Source: a virus. Taken from it: a stretch of DNA of 64,000 bases. This document shows positions 57,686 through 64,000 of the stretch, in pieces. Where the stretch lies: the IMG/VR virus record IMGVR_UViG_3300032246_001892, positions 27,287 through 91,286 of that record; one strand, written 5' to 3'. The number at the start of each line of letters is the position of its first letter. Positions within the stretch are counted from its first letter, which is position 1. The notes beneath the pieces were generated by a model, which saw only the letters and a list, made by a program, of their open reading frames with translations, did no database searches and was not told the DNA's origin. The position numbers were made by a program, and so were the translations under genes.

Positions 57686-57940
57686 ATGTCAAGTAAATTT
57701 CAACGATTAATATCCCACATTATGGAGAATATGAATGCAGCTGGTACAGGAGGTGCTCTTGGTACCCCATCAACTCCTATCTATAATCCTGATAATCCAG
57801 TCAGTGGTGATACATACGCACCTAATAATGCTATGAATCTTTTTGGAGCTCCTCCTAAAAGGGGTAAGAAAGGTAAAAAAGGTAAAAAGAAACCTTTAGT
57901 TTTTAAAAGAAAATTTCCAGAAAAGATTTTTACTAGATAA
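57686..57940 (+). CDS. hypothetical protein with basic C-terminus
   Basis: 84-aa ORF, ATAAATA upstream. Confidence 0.55.
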   Translation: MSSKFQRLISHIMENMNAAGTGGALGTPSTPIYNPDNPVSGDTYAPNNAMNLFGAPPKRGKKGKKGKKKPLVFKRKFPEKIFTR

Positions 57941-57941
57941 A

Positions 57942-58358
57942 ATGGATACAGGACATTGGATATTATCTGAAGGAGTTAGTATTAATGAAGATACTTTCGG
58001 TTTTATATATATTATAACTAATAATGTAACTGGGAAAAAGTATATTGGCAAGAAGCAATGCATTTCTCGTTTTAAACGTAAACCATTAAAGGGTAAAAAA
58101 AATAAAAGAATAGATTATAAAGAATCAGATTGGAAAACATATACCAGCTCATCTAATGAATTGAATGGTGATATTATCAAATATGGTAAAGACAAATTCA
58201 CTTTTGTAATATTAAGAGCCAGTGGATCTAAGTGGGAAAATGCTTATTATGAAATAAAAGAGCAGATAGAACACAATGTTTTATTGAGGGAAGATTATTA
58301 TAACGGGATAATAAATGTAAGGTTATGTAAAAAACCTAAATCTTTAATAGTTGATTAA
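57942..58358 (+). CDS. GIY-YIG family nuclease-like protein
   Basis: GFIYIITN...KKYIGKK, ESDWKTYTSS, YYNGII. Confidence 0.8.
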   Translation: MDTGHWILSEGVSINEDTFGFIYIITNNVTGKKYIGKKQCISRFKRKPLKGKKNKRIDYKESDWKTYTSSSNELNGDIIKYGKDKFTFVILRASGSKWENAYYEIKEQIEHNVLLREDYYNGIINVRLCKKPKSLIVD

Positions 58359-59340
58359 AAGCATTTTTAATATCTTTAGTATATTTATTTTTATATGCCA
58401 AGCTATAACATTTATGTTTTTGAAAATCTGTATACGTAATACAATTTTGTAGTACAAAATTAATAAAAGTGTTTTTTGACATATATCTATAATCCCTTCT
58501 TTTAACAGGTTCTAAAAGATGTAAAATTTTATTACGTGTTAAATATTGCCATATTTTATTATATTTTTTTCTTATTTCCGAATAGTCTGTACAATTATTA
58601 ATAATATAATTGATGTCTTCTTCTCCGAATAAATTTTTACTCAAAGTTTCATCATCTAATATAATTTTATTCAAATCTTCTTCTTTAATATTAAGTTTAG
58701 TTATATTATTAATATTATTTAAATGATTTTTAAATTGTTTTTTAATATCTAAAATAGTGTCTTGTTGGTTTTTATAAAAATTTAAAGAAGGTTCTTGTAT
58801 GGTTATTAAATATATACCCAATTTTTCACATTCAACTTTCTTTGAAATATCTAATTCTTTGTTATTATAATGCCAATAATATCCATTATATTCACAAGCT
58901 ATTTTAAATGTATCAAAATATATATCCAATTCCTTTCTATTCTTAAGAATTTTTCTACAGTTATATAAACATTTTTCATGTAATATATTTTCTAATATTT
59001 CTTTACACATCATCTGGTGTGAGGAAAACTTTTGGGGTATAAATTTTTTTTTATATTTTTGTAAATTACAATTTAAATACCAATTAAAATGTGGATGTTT
59101 TTTTCTAAATTCATTTATAGATTTGCTATTATTAATAGCCTTGTCAAACTCTCTTTTAAAATTTTTTTGTGTATTTTCCTTTACTATTTTTAAACATTTG
59201 TCTTTTAAACCTCTTCTTTTTATGGTTTTAAATAAAGTACTTTTATAAAAATCTTTAGGAGATGAAAATTTATTACAAATATCTATTAATTGATCTTCTG
59301 TATATTTTGGTGTGGTATATTGATTATAATATTTGTTCAT
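58336..59340 (-). CDS. PD-(D/E)XK-type (Vsr-like) putative homing endonuclease
   Basis: ELDIYF...IACEYNGYYWH...K...C...GIYLITI; start reassigned to 59340 (MNKYY) after ATAAGTA; very A-rich. Confidence 0.75.
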   Translation of the reverse strand: MNKYYNQYTTPKYTEDQLIDICNKFSSPKDFYKSTLFKTIKRRGLKDKCLKIVKENTQKNFKREFDKAINNSKSINEFRKKHPHFNWYLNCNLQKYKKKFIPQKFSSHQMMCKEILENILHEKCLYNCRKILKNRKELDIYFDTFKIACEYNGYYWHYNNKELDISKKVECEKLGIYLITIQEPSLNFYKNQQDTILDIKKQFKNHLNNINNITKLNIKEEDLNKIILDDETLSKNLFGEEDINYIINNCTDYSEIRKKYNKIWQYLTRNKILHLLEPVKRRDYRYMSKNTFINFVLQNCITYTDFQKHKCYSLAYKNKYTKDIKNAFNQLLKI

Positions 59341-59372
59341 ATTAATACTTATTATAATGATATCCCAAAAAC

Positions 59373-59429
59373 CGTATTGGTACCCCACCAAAAGAAATCA
59401 AATCAAAATTCCTATTGGAGGTTAAGTAG
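59373..59429 (+). pseudogene. probable stranded original 3' end of the GIY-YIG gene (RIGTPPKEIKSKFLLEVK*)
   Basis: Start-less open frame that continues naturally from ...YYNGIINV across the inserted endonuclease. Confidence 0.5.
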
Positions 59430-59435
59430 TAGATA

Positions 59436-59993
59436 ATGGCTAACTCTCAATGCATTTATTGTGGCTCTTCGACCTATGGAAGACCTTGTATTTTTTCTCC
59501 TACTAGTACTCACGTTCATATGGATGAGCCGGGTAAATGTATATACTGCGGTTCGACCTATCAAGGTAGTGGATGTACCTTTAATCCTTACGGTAAGGTT
59601 CATGTAAGGGGTCCAGAATATCTTAATAGAGCTGCAGTTAAAACTGAGAAAGCCATAGTTTTAAACTATCTATTAAATAAATTTAAAACCAAGGTTATTA
59701 ATGAGTCTTATGTTTCTCCATTAGATAGATTTTATAAGAGAATAACTAATATAGTTTTAAATGTAGCAGAACCTTTATTAGAAGCTCTGTCTCTGAATAA
59801 CAATTCAGCTTACACCAAATTATCCAAGACTCAGCTTATCAAAGCAGTCGAATATAGACAAAAATTTAAAAAACATCTTTCAGAAATGTCAAAAACTATG
59901 ACCGAGGCTAGTTTAGAATTGCCCCCGGAAATAGTGGAAGAATATCTCATCGAGGCTATAATAGATAGTCAAGATGACATCTCTAAAGATTAA
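59436..59993 (+). CDS. protein with tandem Cys/His repeats
   Basis: CIYCGSSTYGRPC...HVH and CIYCGSTYQGSGC...H. Confidence 0.65.
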   Translation: MANSQCIYCGSSTYGRPCIFSPTSTHVHMDEPGKCIYCGSTYQGSGCTFNPYGKVHVRGPEYLNRAAVKTEKAIVLNYLLNKFKTKVINESYVSPLDRFYKRITNIVLNVAEPLLEALSLNNNSAYTKLSKTQLIKAVEYRQKFKKHLSEMSKTMTEASLELPPEIVEEYLIEAIIDSQDDISKD

Positions 59994-60453
59994 AAAATAC
60001 TTGGTGTATTACATGCACCAAAGAGTTATTGTCTTTCCTATTCACGAATATCAGGAGATATTAGTTAATAAAATCGTTAAAAATTTCTTAGAGTGGGATT
60101 TGTTAAATGGTAAACTCATTACCTGTAAAGAAAAATATTTTAAATATTTTCTAGAAAAGGAAATTGACTCAATTTTGGATTCTTTTAGATTCATTTTTTC
60201 CGATCTAAATGTAAAGATATTAACAGTTTATAACAATAAAGAATTGTCGGATGATAGCAAACATTGGTTTGAAGATTATACTAAATTTAACAAAATTTTA
60301 ATCAAAAATTTAAAACAAAAGACAAAATATTTTAAAACAGTCAATAAAGATAACTTGTTGTTTATCAATGCTGAAGGAGAATATAAGGGTATAAAAATAG
60401 GAAATCCGTCTGGTGCTGAAATAGAATTTTTACAAAAGGCTCTTGCAAAATAA
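59974..60453 (+). CDS. hypothetical protein
   Basis: 159-aa ORF overlapping the upstream gene. Confidence 0.5.
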   Translation: MTSLKIKKYLVYYMHQRVIVFPIHEYQEILVNKIVKNFLEWDLLNGKLITCKEKYFKYFLEKEIDSILDSFRFIFSDLNVKILTVYNNKELSDDSKHWFEDYTKFNKILIKNLKQKTKYFKTVNKDNLLFINAEGEYKGIKIGNPSGAEIEFLQKALAK

Positions 60454-60541
60454 AATGCACCCTATAATTAGAAATAGGAAGCCTCGGAAAATTTATATAA
60501 AATTACCCATACATAAAATAAAAACATAAGTATATAAAATT

Positions 60542-61036
60542 ATGTATTATCCTAATAATAATCTTAGCAATGAAATTACACCACAAGAAGGTGTATTTCT
60601 AATAGAAGCCAAACCTTATATAAGAAATGTAAATCCCTACATAATTAAATTAAACCCACCTCAACTATCTTCTATAGGGTTACCTCAGATTACCACATAT
60701 GGTAAAAACTTTTTTACTTTAAATAATTTATATATTAGTGCATCTAATCCTAATATGATAGACGGAATAACATTATATAACCCATTTTCAGCAGACCCAA
60801 TTAATCCACCTTTCGAAGCAGTATCTATTTCTTCATTTTCTCAAACGGATAATATTATATCATTTTCATTACCAGAAATTAAAGAAAGTGGGTTTTTAGA
60901 TATTATTATCCAAAATGAGGCTGGATACGGATTATTATCAAGAGATAGTTATAAAAACAATCTTAGTTCTTACGATGGATTTATAGATTTACAACTACCT
61001 TGTATATCAGGTATACAAATTATCCCAGTTGATTAA
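60542..61036 (+). CDS. hypothetical, possibly structural beta-sandwich protein
   Basis: 164 aa; ATAAGTA upstream; DIIIQNEAGY. Confidence 0.5.
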   Translation: MYYPNNNLSNEITPQEGVFLIEAKPYIRNVNPYIIKLNPPQLSSIGLPQITTYGKNFFTLNNLYISASNPNMIDGITLYNPFSADPINPPFEAVSISSFSQTDNIISFSLPEIKESGFLDIIIQNEAGYGLLSRDSYKNNLSSYDGFIDLQLPCISGIQIIPVD

Positions 61037-61056
61037 AAATCTAAAGACATTATAAT
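61029..61056 (+). promoter_or_regulatory. sigma70-like promoter
   Basis: TTGATT-N16-TATAAT, 6 nt before the ATG at 61063. Confidence 0.55.
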
Positions 61057-61062
61057 GTCTTA

Positions 61063-62004
61063 ATGAGTGACAAGTATGCTATTTTTCATATAGATGGTGG
61101 ATGTGGTAAAAATATAGCTGCAACAGCAGTATGTAAATCAATTAAAGCTTCATACCCCGATCATAAGTTGATTGTAGTGACGGCATGGCCTGAAGTGTTT
61201 ATACATAATCCTCTAGTTCATAGAGTGTATAAATTCGGGAATATACCTTATTTCTATGATGATTATATTCATAATAGAGAATCAGTAATTCTTAGGTCAG
61301 AACCTTACCATAGTGGAGATCTTCTCTATAGGAAGAAGTCTCTTACCGAGATATGGTGTGATGTCTTTAACATACCCTGTGTTAACAAGAAACCGGAAAT
61401 TTATTTAACCGAAAGAGAACTCATTTTTTCACAAAAAAAACTCCAAAAAGACGGACCCATACTTTTAATCCAATCTTCAGGAGGGGCAGAACAACAAGGA
61501 CATCCATATTCTTGGTCAAGAGATTTACCTCCATCATTTGCTCAGGATATTGTAAATGAAGTTAAAGATAAATTTTCCAAAATTCTTCATATTCGTAGAG
61601 AAGCCCAACCAGCAATAGAAGGCACAATTCAAGTAACGGATAATTTCAGAGATTTATTTTGTTATATATTACTTTCTGATAAATTTTTAGGTATTGATTC
61701 TTTTATGCAACATGCATGTGCGGCTTTTAACAAAAAGGCTACAGTAGGATGGATCTCAAATTCTCCTATAGTTTTTGGTCACGATATACATGACAATATT
61801 ATAGCAACCGGTGTTGAATCTTTTAGACACAGAATAGATAGTTATCTTGAAGAAGAAGACTGGACCGGAGGTAGATTCCATGAATGTCCTTATGATAATA
61901 TTGGTACTTTGTTTAATAAGAATCAATTTATAGAATCTATCCTAGGATCTAAATCAGATCTCGCTTTTGAAATTGCTGATCAACCAACAATTAACTTTAA
62001 CTAA
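61063..62004 (+). CDS. GT9-like (heptosyltransferase-family) glycosyltransferase
   Basis: GGCGKNIAAT, FIHNP, FLGIDSFMQHACAA. Confidence 0.7.
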   Translation: MSDKYAIFHIDGGCGKNIAATAVCKSIKASYPDHKLIVVTAWPEVFIHNPLVHRVYKFGNIPYFYDDYIHNRESVILRSEPYHSGDLLYRKKSLTEIWCDVFNIPCVNKKPEIYLTERELIFSQKKLQKDGPILLIQSSGGAEQQGHPYSWSRDLPPSFAQDIVNEVKDKFSKILHIRREAQPAIEGTIQVTDNFRDLFCYILLSDKFLGIDSFMQHACAAFNKKATVGWISNSPIVFGHDIHDNIIATGVESFRHRIDSYLEEEDWTGGRFHECPYDNIGTLFNKNQFIESILGSKSDLAFEIADQPTINFN

Positions 62005-62005
62005 G

Positions 62006-62827
62006 ATGAAAAACATATTTTTTAACTCTTCCATGCCTCGTAGTATGAGTACATTATTTCAATGTATCCTCAATCAACATTCTGAAATTCAGGCCACTCA
62101 GACGGATCCAGTTCTAGAGTACCTTTACGGTGCAAGAATGAACTATACAAATACTCCAGAGGTCAAATCAATGGATAAGGACCTAGCTTTAAACACATGG
62201 AGAGGCTTTTGTCTTGGCGGGCTTAATGGATATGCCAATGCATATACAGATAAACCAAATCTTTGCATTAAAACTAGGGGTGCAACTATACATTATAAAT
62301 GGTTTGAAAGTTTTATGCCTTACAAACCTAAAATGATTTGTATGGTTAGAAATTTAAAAAGCATATTTGCTTCAATGGAGAAGCTCTACAGAAATAACCA
62401 AGAAAATCACCAAGATATTCAAAATCATGCGGAAATGAAAGGTACAAGTACCGCTAAACGTATTGATGCTTGGGTTATGGGCCCTCCGGTAGGGCTTGCC
62501 TTGGAAAGACTACAGCAATGTTTTCTTGAAGGCATTAATAAAGATGTGCTCTATATAAGAGCCGAAGATCTTACTTCCTATCCAGAAAGAGAAATGAATA
62601 AGGTGTATGAATATTTAAATTTAGAAAAATATATTCACGATTTCAATAATGTAGAACAGACCATACAAGAAGATGATTCAGTGTATGGTTTAACAAAAGA
62701 TCTCCACACTATTAAGAAAACAGTACAACCACTTACACCGGATTATAATACAGTATTAGGAAAGCAAGTTTGTGATTGGATTGACCATAATTTTGCTTGG
62801 TATCAGCAAGGATTTGGTTACATTTAA
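62006..62827 (+). CDS. sulfotransferase-family protein
   Basis: SSMPRSMSTL..ILNQH (PAPS loop), KMICMVRN...S, IRAEDL..P; start reassigned to 62006 (MKNIFF). Confidence 0.78.
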   Translation: MKNIFFNSSMPRSMSTLFQCILNQHSEIQATQTDPVLEYLYGARMNYTNTPEVKSMDKDLALNTWRGFCLGGLNGYANAYTDKPNLCIKTRGATIHYKWFESFMPYKPKMICMVRNLKSIFASMEKLYRNNQENHQDIQNHAEMKGTSTAKRIDAWVMGPPVGLALERLQQCFLEGINKDVLYIRAEDLTSYPEREMNKVYEYLNLEKYIHDFNNVEQTIQEDDSVYGLTKDLHTIKKTVQPLTPDYNTVLGKQVCDWIDHNFAWYQQGFGYI

Positions 62828-63138
62828 ATAACAATATTTTTATCCATTATTTCCCATAAACAAGTTTCTTCGTTTAAAATAAACTCATCAGAAGGCTTTG
62901 GCGGAATAAAAGCGTCTAAATTGCCGTCATAGCAATATCCTAAACCTGCATAATTTTTCCTCAATGGTAACTGATCACTAGGTGTATTAGTTACAGGATC
63001 ATAATGAATACCGCCTCGTGTATTATAAGATGTTTGTATCCAATTAGATGAATCTTGTAATGTATCGATAAAATCTTGTTCAGCTACTATGACCTGATCA
63101 ACTATATTTTCGTTATTAATGTGTGCGAAATGTGCCAT
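62824..63138 (-). CDS. small virion/fibre-associated protein
   Basis: MAHFA...WIQTSYN...RKNYAG.GY.YD...DAFIPPKP...LNEETCLW; start reassigned to 63138. Confidence 0.65.
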   Translation of the reverse strand: MAHFAHINNENIVDQVIVAEQDFIDTLQDSSNWIQTSYNTRGGIHYDPVTNTPSDQLPLRKNYAGLGYCYDGNLDAFIPPKPSDEFILNEETCLWEIMDKNIVI

Positions 63139-63142
63139 AATT

Positions 63143-64000
63143 TTATATAAACGTAAAAGTTCCAGAGCTTGTAAAAGTATGAATCCAATAATTAGAGGAG
63201 GGGTTTGTAATAGTTCCGCCATTTGCTAACCGCGTTAGGTTATTATATGTTATAATAATAACACCTGATCCTCCAGCTGCTGCCATACCGCCATTAGTAC
63301 CTACATCATAGTCTAAATAACTACTACCTCCACCACCACCTCCAGTAGCAGATAATCCCGCAACGGCTGGTGTTGCGGGATCTGGATAATTTGCAATTCC
63401 AGAAGCACCACCTCCTCCTAAACCGCCTTGTGCATTTCCTTGATTGTCACTCTGAAGACCACCCCCTCCACCTCCAGCTATCCAATAATTTCCTGCTGAT
63501 AGTTGACCAATTGTAGAGTTTAAAATTGGGTTTATAATGCCGTTACCGCCTCTTCCTGAGTTATTGTCATAACCGCCAGTAGCTCCTTGCTCACCAGCCC
63601 CCCCTCCTCCACCACAGGCTATATAAGGAGTATAACTTCCAAATCCTGCGGCATTACCGCCACCAATATTTCCATATAATATTCCACCCTTTCCAGATAA
63701 AACAGAGCCACCAGTAGATAAATTTATATAATATGGAGGGGTTGATACCCTTCCATAAGCCCCTCCACCAGAACCACCACTACCACCTAAAGTTGTGGTA
63801 TTGTTTGTGTAAAACCCGCCTGATCCTCCTCCATAAGCAAGTATAGGTATAAAAGAATTACCTATTTTTATAGAAGAGCTTGCTCCGTTGGAATTTACAG
63901 CCCCACCTGCCCCTACTATAATTTGAATGATATCTTTCTTAAGACACTGAAAACTGCCAACTACAATTCCGCCAGCACCTCCACCACCACCACCGCTCTC
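63143..64000 (-). CDS. glycine-rich virion/tail-fibre protein, C-terminal part (runs off the window; absent from ORF track)
   Basis: Open frame from 64000: ESGGGGGGAGGIV...GSGVIII...IHTFTSSGTFTFI* with stop at 63143-63145. Confidence 0.75.
   Translation of the reverse strand, partial: ESGGGGGGAGGIVVGSFQCLKKDIIQIIVGAGGAVNSNGASSSIKIGNSFIPILAYGGGSGGFYTNNTTTLGGSGGSGGGAYGRVSTPPYYINLSTGGSVLSGKGGILYGNIGGGNAAGFGSYTPYIACGGGGGAGEQGATGGYDNNSGRGGNGIINPILNSTIGQLSAGNYWIAGGGGGGLQSDNQGNAQGGLGGGGASGIANYPDPATPAVAGLSATGGGGGGSSYLDYDVGTNGGMAAAGGSGVIIITYNNLTRLANGGTITNPSSNYWIHTFTSSGTFTFI

Noticed and set aside
1593-59603. Many 60-140 aa ORFs overlapping the called genes (e.g. 2718..3092, 25299..25622, 34300..34683, 40836..41198)
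   Set aside because: They lie largely or wholly within well-supported genes, antisense or out of frame, with no motifs
25180-63222. ORF-track start positions for folE2, queD, uvsX, 41395, 59391, 61967, 63222
   Set aside because: The extensions overlap upstream genes, terminators or promoters; downstream ATGs fit the promoter spacing and family N-termini better
1-64000. Stop-codon reassignment
   Set aside because: Core genes are full length in code 11, and TAA, TAG and TGA all end genes at sensible positions
1-64000. tRNA genes, CRISPR arrays, IS elements
   Set aside because: Intergenic gaps are all under about 100 nt; I saw no cloverleaf, spaced repeat or transposase motif by eye (tRNAscan and Infernal not run)
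63250-64000. ccacc/cctcc repeats as a DNA repeat element
   Set aside because: Explained by poly-Gly codons of the minus-strand glycine-rich protein

Overview
AT-rich, gene-dense 64 kb segment of a large T4-like myophage genome, read in genetic code 11. I saw no tRNA, rRNA or CRISPR array. Left part (0.3-22.5 kb, mostly + strand): neck, tail sheath, tail tube, baseplate, tape-measure-like, large terminase and a two-gene gp5-type spike, plus phoH and dNMP kinase. Centre (23.9-57.7 kb, almost all - strand): a T4-type replication/recombination/late-transcription module (gp45, gp32, gp41, UvsX, PolB, gp46/47, gp55, UvsW, UvsY). Interleaved with it are thyX, a 7-deazaguanine pathway (folE2, queD, queE, a DpdA/TGT-like gene; no queC in the window) and an 11-gene glycosyl/methyltransferase island between gp47 and gp46. 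Four free-standing homing-type endonuclease genes are present. Right end: a GT9-like and sulfotransferase pair and a partial glycine-rich virion gene. The most striking observation is that the DNA polymerase gene is fractured right after the ExoI motif by a 997-bp cassette. The cassette carries an HNH gene and adds two short peptides resembling the start of an atypically split intein, but without splicing residues; it may be a non-splicing 'clasp' mobile element. All calls come from motif recognition by eye; no searches were run.
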